A stretch of 64,000 bases of DNA from an uncultured Flavobacteriales bacterium (GTDB lineage: Bacteria; Bacteroidota; Bacteroidia; Flavobacteriales; Schleiferiaceae). Below are positions 1 through 7,624 of the stretch, one piece after another. Made by a program: the position numbers and the translations under genes. Below the pieces are notes generated by a model. That model was not told the origin of the DNA and did no database searches. It worked only from the letters and a program-made list of their open reading frames with translations. Each line of letters begins with the position of its first letter. Position 1 is the first letter of the stretch. Where the stretch lies: NCBI GenBank assembly GCA_950073045.1, contig CATMQD010000001.1, positions 25,400 through 89,399 on the forward strand, written 5' to 3'.

Positions 1-2
1 TT

Positions 3-173
3 AAGGTAGAGCCCGGTCAGAGCATTAAGAAAGGTCAGCCTATTTTAGTACTAGAAGCCATGAAAATGGAAAATGTGCTAAAGGCCGAAACCGATGCCAC
101 CATCAAATCTGTAAACTGCGAGAAAGGTCAAGCCGTAGAAAAGAACCAGGTTTTAATCGAGTTCGAAGTTTAA
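3..173 (+). CDS. Biotin carboxyl carrier / biotinyl-domain protein, 3' end (truncated by window start)
   Basis: Manual translation KVEPGQSIKKGQPILVLEAMKMENVLKAE...LIEFEV*; contains the EAMKM biotinylation motif; TAA at 171-173. Confidence 0.9.
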   Translation, partial: KVEPGQSIKKGQPILVLEAMKMENVLKAETDATIKSVNCEKGQAVEKNQVLIEFEV

Positions 174-1285
174 GGTCGCGCTACCGCGAATATTCCAAAG
201 ATATTATTCAACTGAAGGCTAGAGCCATCGGCACTTTTTAGCACCGCTTGCCCGGAAAAGCTAAAGCGCTGATGGTTGTAGCTGGCATTTACTTCGTGGT
301 AATCGCTTATTGATTCTATAGAAAATGTCCCTTGAGCATTGGGATAGGCAGAACTATAGGCCTTCCCATTTTCATCGTAATAAACGATTTCTACCGTTCT
401 TAAGTTATTTGGATTGCTTTCGCGATGTCCTTCCATACGGTAGTCGATATTGATATCGCAATGTGGGCTACCTGGTAACACTACTTTCTCAATCACTTCG
501 GTACATCCCGACTCAAACTCTACAATTGCTTTTACGCGATAACCCGGCTGAAAGCCAACTACCGAATATTGCAAAGCACTGCCACGGCCGGCATTCTGAC
601 CAGCAATTTGCCAGTTTACATTATTAATTCGACCTACACGCTCTTGCACCTCTACTTTTAACTCGGAGCTGGTACTTTTTAATACATGAATTTGAGCTTT
701 ACACTCGGCTCCCGTTTCAATGGTATGCTTAACGGATGGGGTGCAGGTTAATGGTCCCGTGCTGCTCATTTCGATATTAAAGCTTTGATGCTCATTAACA
801 CTTAAGCCAATTAATGAACAGCTATCGCCATAATAGCTACTTGATGGAGCAGACCACATTAAGGGAATATGTCCATTAATCGTATCCGCAAAAAAGTGAT
901 AATCGAAATGCCCCGGTAAAACCGTAGCTCCGCTTGGGTCTTTTAAAGGTAAGGGGCCAGAGTTAAATACTGTGCCCGGACCAGGCTGATCGCTAGGACC
1001 AAATAAGTCGGAACCGCGTAATTTTATGAGCAGAGCCTTTTTAAAGGATGGGCTGTCGGCCGCTAGGGTGCCCGACATAACTAAAACCGAATCCTCCATT
1101 TGATAGGAAGTATACATCTGGTAACCATCTTCTCCAGCAGATAGATTTAAGGGTAATCCATCGAGGGTAGAGTTAATATAAAAACGGGGGCTTTCGGTAA
1201 AAGTACTTTGACTAGGACCATCATCGTCCTTACAGGCGCTAATGGCCGTAAGGAGCGTAAAAAATAGAACTACCTTCTTCATCAT
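170..1285 (-). CDS. Hypothetical lipoprotein, third gene of the ECF operon
   Basis: Lipobox ISAC followed by acidic KDDD; beta-rich with Cys pairs; overlaps the upstream gene by 4 bp. Confidence 0.75.
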   Translation of the reverse strand: MMKKVVLFFTLLTAISACKDDDGPSQSTFTESPRFYINSTLDGLPLNLSAGEDGYQMYTSYQMEDSVLVMSGTLAADSPSFKKALLIKLRGSDLFGPSDQPGPGTVFNSGPLPLKDPSGATVLPGHFDYHFFADTINGHIPLMWSAPSSSYYGDSCSLIGLSVNEHQSFNIEMSSTGPLTCTPSVKHTIETGAECKAQIHVLKSTSSELKVEVQERVGRINNVNWQIAGQNAGRGSALQYSVVGFQPGYRVKAIVEFESGCTEVIEKVVLPGSPHCDINIDYRMEGHRESNPNNLRTVEIVYYDENGKAYSSAYPNAQGTFSIESISDYHEVNASYNHQRFSFSGQAVLKSADGSSLQLNNIFGIFAVARP

Positions 1286-2850
1286 TCTTCAAATAATCGA
1301 TACCTCAACTGAAGGTTGGCTTGCCCAGGTCTGTGATCTGCCTCAAAGTTTTGAGCATTATCGCGGCTGATATCATTTAAAGCAAAGGCATAGGTGAAAG
1401 CCATGCTTAAACGTGGGCTATACTGATACTGATAGCTTATAGAGGCTGAGAAATTCAGCGGCTCAAAGCTATCCATCTTCTTATTGTACGAAGTTTCCTC
1501 CACGCGAGGGTCTTGTTTAAATACGCGTGTGGTTTTAGTTTCATCCATGCTTACCGTTAGTAATACATCGGTATTTAAACCTAAGCCAAAACGATGCTTA
1601 GGAGCAATATTGTAATTGAAGGCGAGAGGAATGCGAATAGAGGAAAGGTATTTATAATGACGGTGGGTCTCTACCTCGGTACGTCCTAAGCCAAAGAAAG
1701 TACTATCGTGCAAGGTTTCCAGACCGATATCGCCGCTGCGATTATAAATAGCACCGGTGCTAATAGAAACTCGATCGTTCCAACCATATTCGTATTCTAT
1801 TCCGGCTTGCCAACCAGGACTACCCATTTTACCATTTAAAGGTGCACTTAGAGCTGGGCCAGCTACAGCGTAAATGCGAGAATAAGCTTGAGGGATATAA
1901 GGTTCCTTCTCCACTGATGGAGAGCCCAAGTTTGGATTAAGATCTACAAACATTAAATCGCTAGAAAGAGGCAGCTCCGCTGGGGCGAGATTATTAATTC
2001 CTAAGGATTGTGCGGCTACAGATTCTGCTGCTATGGCACTAAAATTAGATTGCACAGCAGGTAAAACCGGCACCGCATCTGTACTTTCGGATGCATTAGC
2101 AAAGTTTTGTACCGGTGGCTGTGCTCCAGAGTTTCCTCCATTGGCGGAGTTAGATGCAATTGCCGCTTCATCCGCTAAAGCTGGATTGCTGATGCTTCCT
2201 TCTTCTTTAGTTGGGTTTATTTCGCTAGGCTGGGTGCTTTTGATGCTTTGAGGCTCAGCTACTTCATCTGCTGCGATAGGCTGCTGAGGAGAATAGATAA
2301 TTGCGCCCTTAGGTTGCTGCCAAAGCGCGGCAACTGCTAGGCTAGCCAATAATAAAATGGCTGCTGCGCTACGCCAGAAGTAAGCTAAAGGACGACGATC
2401 ACGTTGATCGAGGATGGCCTCCATGCGGGCCCAATTATCCGGATTAAAGGCAAAACTAGAATCAGAAGCTTTCTTTTGGAAGAGGTCTTGCATTTCTGCG
2501 CCGCTCATCCCCTGTTCTGGTCCGAGCTCATCTTCCAGGGCTTCCCAATTGGCGGGATTAAATGGGAAGTGTACTTTGGCCATTTTATCGCGGAAAAGCT
2601 TTTTATACTCTTGCTCGGATAAGGGCTGCTGGGGGTCTGTCATCTGCTCGAAAGCCTCCCAATTGGCAGGGTTAAAAGCAAAGGATGCCTCAGGAAGTTT
2701 ATCCTGAAACAGTTTTTTAAACTCCTGCTCCGATAAAGGTTCCTGTGGATCTGCCATTTGCTCAAAGGCATCCCAGTTGGAAGGGTTGAACTCAAAGTTC
2801 GCCTCTCCCAGCTTGTCTTCAAACAGTTTTTTAAGGTCCTTCTCTTTCAT
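1282..2850 (-). CDS. Putative dual-membrane-spanning anti-sigma factor (N-terminal repeats, TM helix, disordered linker, C-terminal outer-membrane beta-barrel)
   Basis: No cleavable signal peptide; TM segment YFWRSAAAILLLASLAVAALW at about residues 157-177; S/A/P/E-rich linker; alternating-pattern beta strands ending ANLQLRYRLFEE; 5 bp downstream of an ECF sigma gene. Confidence 0.75.
   Translation of the reverse strand: MKEKDLKKLFEDKLGEANFEFNPSNWDAFEQMADPQEPLSEQEFKKLFQDKLPEASFAFNPANWEAFEQMTDPQQPLSEQEYKKLFRDKMAKVHFPFNPANWEALEDELGPEQGMSGAEMQDLFQKKASDSSFAFNPDNWARMEAILDQRDRRPLAYFWRSAAAILLLASLAVAALWQQPKGAIIYSPQQPIAADEVAEPQSIKSTQPSEINPTKEEGSISNPALADEAAIASNSANGGNSGAQPPVQNFANASESTDAVPVLPAVQSNFSAIAAESVAAQSLGINNLAPAELPLSSDLMFVDLNPNLGSPSVEKEPYIPQAYSRIYAVAGPALSAPLNGKMGSPGWQAGIEYEYGWNDRVSISTGAIYNRSGDIGLETLHDSTFFGLGRTEVETHRHYKYLSSIRIPLAFNYNIAPKHRFGLGLNTDVLLTVSMDETKTTRVFKQDPRVEETSYNKKMDSFEPLNFSASISYQYQYSPRLSMAFTYAFALNDISRDNAQNFEADHRPGQANLQLRYRLFEE
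2389..2844 (-). repeat. Four tandem 38-aa (114-bp) repeats, consensus ExExKKLFxDKxxxxxFxFNPxNWxxxE
   Basis: Residues 3-40, 41-78, 79-116 and 117-154 align without gaps; AAACAGTTTTTTAA recurs at 2707 and 2821. Confidence 0.95.
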
Positions 2851-2855
2851 GACCT

Positions 2856-3452
2856 TCAGGCTACATTATCCATTAACTTCCGCATCATCTCCTGCAATTT
2901 CTTGCGCGCACTACTTAAATGCCATTTGCTGGTGCCTTCACTCATGCCCAGCTTTTCGGCAATCTCCTTATGATTATACCCGTCAATTATATAGAGGTTA
3001 AATACCTTCTGACTAACAGGTGGTAATTTTTGTACTAGGGCCAATAACTCTTCTGCATCGAAGCGCTTGTCCGCATCATTATAATCCATCTCTTCCAAAG
3101 AGGCCAATTGCATAGGTTCTTCTACATAATCAACTTTGGAGCGTTGATTTTTTCGGTACTCATCAATAGCGGTATTGATGGTAATTCGACGAATCCATGC
3201 CTCAAACGGAACTGAGCTAGAATAAGAATCGAGGTTATTGAGAATTTTAAGGAAGGCCTTATTAAGTAGAAACTCCGCGTCTTCCTTATTTCTTTCGTAT
3301 CGAAAACAAACTGCCATGAGGATGCCATAGCACTGCTTGTACAGGCTATACTGCGCTTTCCGCTCACCGCGGATACATCCATCTAATAGTTGTTGGTCGA
3401 TACTCATTTTCTTCCCGGACCAATGTATTGATTTCCGATTTAAATCGGACAC
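2856..3452 (-). CDS. ECF-type RNA polymerase sigma-70 factor
   Basis: Region 2 (DAEFLLNKAFLKIL; WIRRITINTAID) and region 4 (LPPVSQKVFNLYIIDGYNHKEIAEKLGMSEGTSKWHLSSARKKL); true start may be the ATG of MSIDQQ. Confidence 0.95.
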   Translation of the reverse strand: MSDLNRKSIHWSGKKMSIDQQLLDGCIRGERKAQYSLYKQCYGILMAVCFRYERNKEDAEFLLNKAFLKILNNLDSYSSSVPFEAWIRRITINTAIDEYRKNQRSKVDYVEEPMQLASLEEMDYNDADKRFDAEELLALVQKLPPVSQKVFNLYIIDGYNHKEIAEKLGMSEGTSKWHLSSARKKLQEMMRKLMDNVA

Positions 3453-3472
3453 AATTATCTCCTTGGAATAGG

Positions 3473-3499
3473 ATGACGCTGGCTTTCCCCAAACAGTTG
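3473..3499 (-). promoter_or_regulatory. Candidate ECF-dependent (autoregulatory) promoter
   Basis: Minus strand CAAC-N17-CGTCAT upstream of the sigma gene, matching the generic ECF -35 AAC / -10 CGT pattern. Confidence 0.4.
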
Positions 3500-3503
3500 G
3501 GTA

Positions 3504-4427
3504 CTAGGACAATTTCATGTCAAATCGAGTTAAATCGATAAAACGCATTACCCTTTTATGCAGATCAGCACGGTCTAAATCCAAGAGCTTATGGGTTCCA
3601 AATTTCTCTACACAAAAGGAGGCTAAAGCTGAACCGTAGATAATGCCGCGCTTCATGCTATCGAAAGAAACCTCATCGCTAGAGCAGATGTGACCGATAA
3701 AACCTCCGGCAAAAGTATCGCCAGCTCCGGTTGGATCAAAAACCTCTTCTAATGGTAAAGCTGGTGCATAGAACAACTCATCGTCATGGAATAAAAGGGC
3801 ACCATGCTCTCCTTTTTTAATGATTAGATATTTCGGTCCCATCTCGAAAATCTTCTGGGCCGCTTTTACCAAGGAATACTCTCCGCTTAATTGGCGGGCC
3901 TCCTCATCATTAATCGTTAAGAGGTCTACTTCTTTAAGAACCTCTTTTAATTCTGGCATTGCCACATCCATCCAAAAGTTCATGGTATCCATAATTACCA
4001 ATTTCGGACGTTGCTTCATTTGTTTTAATACCTTCATTTGAACTGCAGGGGTAAGATTGCCCAACATTAGGTATTCGGCCTCGCGGGCTTTCTCTGGAAG
4101 AATGGGATCGAAGTTTTCTAAAACGTTTAATTCGGTAATTAAACTGTCGCGAGTATTCATATCATTGTGGTATTCTCCCTTCCAGAAAAAGGTTTTTCCA
4201 TCTTCAACTCGCTTAATCCCTTCGGTATTGATGCCCTTTTTTCGCATCAGCTCTAATTTTTCTTCAGGAAAATCTTCCCCGATAATCGAAACGATGGAGA
4301 TATCATTAAAAAGATTGGAGGCCGACAGTGAAGCGTAAGTCGCTGATCCACCGATAATTCTACCCGATTCTCCAAAAGGAGTAATCAATTCATCAAAGGC
4401 TACCGTTCCAACAATTGTAAGGCTCAT
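3504..4427 (-). CDS. PfkB family carbohydrate/nucleoside kinase
   Basis: GGSATYAS N-terminal motif and DPTGAGDTFAGGF PfkB signature. Confidence 0.92.
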   Translation of the reverse strand: MSLTIVGTVAFDELITPFGESGRIIGGSATYASLSASNLFNDISIVSIIGEDFPEEKLELMRKKGINTEGIKRVEDGKTFFWKGEYHNDMNTRDSLITELNVLENFDPILPEKAREAEYLMLGNLTPAVQMKVLKQMKQRPKLVIMDTMNFWMDVAMPELKEVLKEVDLLTINDEEARQLSGEYSLVKAAQKIFEMGPKYLIIKKGEHGALLFHDDELFYAPALPLEEVFDPTGAGDTFAGGFIGHICSSDEVSFDSMKRGIIYGSALASFCVEKFGTHKLLDLDRADLHKRVMRFIDLTRFDMKLS

Positions 4428-4517
4428 AAAAAAGGGCTTAAAAATTTTGCTGCAAATATTGTGTAATTTGTCTGAAGGTGCTAATATTGCAGCCCTTTTG
4501 TGAGGGAATTATACAAA

Positions 4518-4591
4518 GCTTCCTTAGCTCAGTTGGTTAGAGCATCTGACTGTTAATCAGAGGGTCCTTGGTTCGAGCCCAAGAGGGAGCG
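4518..4591 (+). tRNA. tRNA-Asn (GTT)
   Basis: Acceptor stem GCTTCCT/AGGGAGC; D arm AGCTCAGTTGGTTAGAGC; anticodon loop CTGTTAA; T loop GGTTCGAGCC; CCA not encoded. Confidence 0.97.
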
Positions 4592-4602
4592 CAAAATGAA
4601 AG

Positions 4603-4632
4603 AAACGTCGACTTCGGTCGGCGTTTTTTTTT
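4603..4632 (+). terminator. Intrinsic terminator after tRNA-Asn
   Basis: AAACGTCGAC-TTCG-GTCGGCGTTT followed by a T run. Confidence 0.85.
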
Positions 4633-4703
4633 GCCACGACCCCAGATTCAATCCCCTAGAATACTCATAAAAAATTTGAGTTGCTTCCTTTATGGAAAGC
4701 GAT

Positions 4704-5807
4704 TTAAAGGGAAAGCTCTTTAAATTCCACTTTTGCTTTAAGCCTATTAAGAATGGCGTTTTTGTAAAGGTGTTTGTTACTCCTTTGTATTTGTGAGACT
4801 AGGATACTGGGGTGTCTTTTAAACTCTTTGCTAAAATGTAGAATCATTTCAGGGCCAAGGTCCCGATTTTGATTAAGCACTTTCCGCTCCCTTTCTGTAA
4901 GAATCATTCTTCTAGCAAATGCATCTGCCTGAACTTCTTTTTCAGGATCTGGCTTTAAACTATCTAAGCCATCTATAAAAACATCCTTTTTGCCGTGATA
5001 CAGAATGTGGGCCAATTGGTGATACAAGGAAAACCAAAAGTCGTTGTAGCTCTTAGGTTTATCCGAAACTTGAATTAATGGCATACTGTTATTCTTAAGC
5101 CATCTCGTAGCGCCATGAATTGGAGCTTTTGCAATACTCGGAGTATATACTAGGGCTAATCCGCAAGAAGCGAAAAGCGACTGCAGCTGCTCTAGCCAAT
5201 TCTCTGGGGCTTCAAACGAAATACTTCTAAGCTTGGGTAGGCAGGCTCTTAATGCTGGTTTGCTGAATTTAGCCACTTTTAATTTATCTGCTTGAAGCTC
5301 GCCTAATCGTAGCCAAACGGATATTGCTTGTGGTTCGGCCGTGTTCCGTAGTTCAACATTAAAAGCTAAGGAGCTTTCCCGATAAATATCTGACCATTGT
5401 TGTGGGCTTGCTACTCTAAAAAACTTTAGCAGCCTATCTGCCAGCACTGTTTTTTTCTTGGTCATAGGTAGTATATCGAGGCGCTTTAGAACTGATAAAG
5501 GAAAAGAATCGACCCATTCCTCCCATAGCTGAAGCCTTTCTAATTGCTCAATATCTAAAAGCTCATCCTGATAAGTTCGTTCTAAATTGAGCCAAAAACT
5601 AGCCTTTACTCCAAGAACATACTCCAGCTTAATAGCCGTTTCTTTAGTAATGGGTGCCTTTCCCTTAATTAAATCATTCAATTTTGGAATAGATCTTCCT
5701 AAACGCTCAGCCAATTCCGCCTGCGACATTCCAATGTGGTCAATATGCTCTTGAATGGTATCTCCTGGACTGGAGAGCAGCGATTTTTTGAGTTCTAATT
5801 CATTCAT
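4704..5807 (-). CDS. higA: HigA-type XRE HTH antitoxin fused to an ImmA/IrrE-like peptidase domain (motif HQLAH)
   Basis: SPGDTIQE...MSQAELAERLG...ITKETAIKLEYVLG...FWLNLE HigA pattern; C-terminal FWFSLYHQLAHILYH and EVQADAFA. Confidence 0.85.
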   Translation of the reverse strand: MNELELKKSLLSSPGDTIQEHIDHIGMSQAELAERLGRSIPKLNDLIKGKAPITKETAIKLEYVLGVKASFWLNLERTYQDELLDIEQLERLQLWEEWVDSFPLSVLKRLDILPMTKKKTVLADRLLKFFRVASPQQWSDIYRESSLAFNVELRNTAEPQAISVWLRLGELQADKLKVAKFSKPALRACLPKLRSISFEAPENWLEQLQSLFASCGLALVYTPSIAKAPIHGATRWLKNNSMPLIQVSDKPKSYNDFWFSLYHQLAHILYHGKKDVFIDGLDSLKPDPEKEVQADAFARRMILTERERKVLNQNRDLGPEMILHFSKEFKRHPSILVSQIQRSNKHLYKNAILNRLKAKVEFKELSL

Positions 5808-5823
5808 CCGAAATGCTGATTTA

Positions 5824-6156
5824 TTAATGAAGATCTTCTACAGCTGCAATTCTAATTTTGGTTACTGACCCAATATCAACACCACCATCTTCCATGTAAG
5901 GCAAAGGGTCGTGATCTAACTCAAATAATATTCGCCAATTCTCTTGAACATCAATCGACCAGAGCCTCCTTTCTTTGCCTAAAAGCCGATGCAGTCTTAA
6001 TACTGGTAATCTCGAAATCACCTCCAAAGTCTCCGCGCTTTCAAGCTGATTAATTCGCAGCTTTAGCTTTTTAGCCAATACCCCATAAGTCTTAGCAAGA
6101 CCTTTATCGGTGGTTAGCGACCTTTGAAGCTTATTGGTTTTGTACGATAATTCCAC
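5824..6156 (-). CDS. higB: HigB/RelE-family toxin
   Basis: LHRLLG...WSIDV..NWRILF and a C-terminal EDLH; toxin-first order upstream of HigA; GTG start. Confidence 0.8.
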   Translation of the reverse strand: MELSYKTNKLQRSLTTDKGLAKTYGVLAKKLKLRINQLESAETLEVISRLPVLRLHRLLGKERRLWSIDVQENWRILFELDHDPLPYMEDGGVDIGSVTKIRIAAVEDLH

Positions 6157-6170
6157 CGCAAAATTATAAA

Positions 6171-6195
6171 ATTATTAACCAGTTAGGTTAATGAT
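6171..6195. promoter_or_regulatory. Inverted repeat, candidate HigA operator
   Basis: ATTAACC-N5-GGTTAAT at 6174-6192, next to a minus-strand TAATTTTG (-7 element) at 6159-6166. Confidence 0.55.
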
Positions 6196-6299
6196 AATTA
6201 AAAATCACAGGGGGTAAAGAGGCTTCTAATGTAGCATGAATTCTTAAGCCTATTTAATATCGCGAATATCAAAAAGGTGTTCTCTCAGGAAAGGGCAAT

Positions 6300-6330
6300 A
6301 AAAAAGCCGCCCCAGCTATGCCGGGACGGC
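6300..6330 (-). terminator. Intrinsic terminator of the adhesin-ompA unit
   Basis: Minus-strand GC-rich stem GCCGTCCC...GGGGCGGC followed by a T run. Confidence 0.7.
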
Positions 6331-6355
6331 CCTCGGTTGCAGTATAATGCACCAT

Positions 6356-7615
6356 CTAACGTACTTCCACTCGGCGTGCCAAGAATTGGTCCTTTAATTC
6401 CATATCCTTGCCCTTCACAATACGCAGCGAAGCAGCATCGATTTTTAATTCTTGCACGAGGAAGTCCTTAACGGCCTGAGCACGTTTTTCTCTTAACTCG
6501 GCATTATACTCCTCCGATCCCACTTGGTCTGTATAAGCGCTTATAACCAAGGGTTCGTTTAATCCTGCGAGGTTCTTCAATAGTTCCTCTTTCGCTTCAG
6601 CGCTAAGCTGGGCCGAGTCGAAAGCAAAGAAAACAACCGCTTTTGGGGCTAAAGTGCTCTTATCTGGGCCTTTCTCCAATTGCGCAATCTTCTCATTAAG
6701 CACGGCATCCGCATAGGCTAATGCCTCATCGCGTTTCTCATTCTCGGTTTTAACCGCGTCTATCTTATCTTCATTTCGGCGGGAGGAGGCTTCTAAATTG
6801 CTTACCCGACCTTCCAACTCATTAACTCGAGCTTTGGTTGTGGCCAAATCATAGTAAGGGGCCTCATAATAATTACCGGCATACATGGCGGGTACTTCAC
6901 TATTTCCAAAAGTGTAAGCAATTCCAATTCCTACATTGAGGTATGGGTCCCAGCCAGTAGCGTAATCAAAGCCGTCAAAACCATCATTGCGAACGATATT
7001 ATAAGCAGCATCTAGTTCCACTCGCCACGAAGGGGCTAACTCGTACATAATACCTCCGCTTAAGTAAAAGCCATTATAGGAATCGCTCACCGAGCCATTT
7101 TCAGAATCATCAAACTCCAAATAACGATTCGCATCAAAGTTGCCAAACATGGTTCCAACATCATTGTAGAAATTCCACTTACTGTTTACGTGATTAGGAT
7201 CGAGATTACTCCAGATTAAGCTGGCGCCAATCCGGAACTCACTAAAATCATTACTGTAATACTCGGTACTAGTGGCACCCGATAAAGAACCTAGTCGATA
7301 AGCTGCTTGCAAACCAATAAAGGGCGTAAACTGCTTTTCTACATAGGCTTCAAAACCTAAGTCAAAAGAGGTGTTATCCCCATTCAAACCACGTGGATCT
7401 TCTGAAATTGATCCATCGTAAATAGTAGATTCCAAATCGTACAACCATATTCCTCTAAATCCAATGCTCCAGCCCCGAAGCTTTGAAGAAGCTTGCAGTT
7501 CTTGCTTTTGGTGGCTTTCCGCTTCCGACCCATCTTGGGCCGAAAGGGAAAAGCTGAAAAGGAATATCGTGATGAGCGTTAGGCTAATTCTCTTGTTATT
7601 CATTTTTTCTAGCAT
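6356..7615 (-). CDS. OmpA-family outer membrane protein (beta-barrel, coiled coil, OmpA C-terminal domain)
   Basis: Signal peptide; barrel strands ending VGIGIAYTF; heptad segment; VFFAFDSAQL...YTDQVGSEEYN...RAQAV...ARRVEV. Confidence 0.88.
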   Translation of the reverse strand: MLEKMNNKRISLTLITIFLFSFSLSAQDGSEAESHQKQELQASSKLRGWSIGFRGIWLYDLESTIYDGSISEDPRGLNGDNTSFDLGFEAYVEKQFTPFIGLQAAYRLGSLSGATSTEYYSNDFSEFRIGASLIWSNLDPNHVNSKWNFYNDVGTMFGNFDANRYLEFDDSENGSVSDSYNGFYLSGGIMYELAPSWRVELDAAYNIVRNDGFDGFDYATGWDPYLNVGIGIAYTFGNSEVPAMYAGNYYEAPYYDLATTKARVNELEGRVSNLEASSRRNEDKIDAVKTENEKRDEALAYADAVLNEKIAQLEKGPDKSTLAPKAVVFFAFDSAQLSAEAKEELLKNLAGLNEPLVISAYTDQVGSEEYNAELREKRAQAVKDFLVQELKIDAASLRIVKGKDMELKDQFLARRVEVR

Positions 7616-7624
7616 TGAATTATC

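Noticed and set aside
3453-3466. Shine-Dalgarno-like AAGGAG before the sigma GTG
   Set aside because: Bacteroidota largely do not use SD pairing and the true start is uncertain; likely chance
4592-6355. att-site duplication or integrative element around the TA module
   Set aside because: No repeat of the tRNA 3' end and no integrase. The 8-bp GCTTCCTT at 4683 matches the tRNA 5' end but is short enough to be chance
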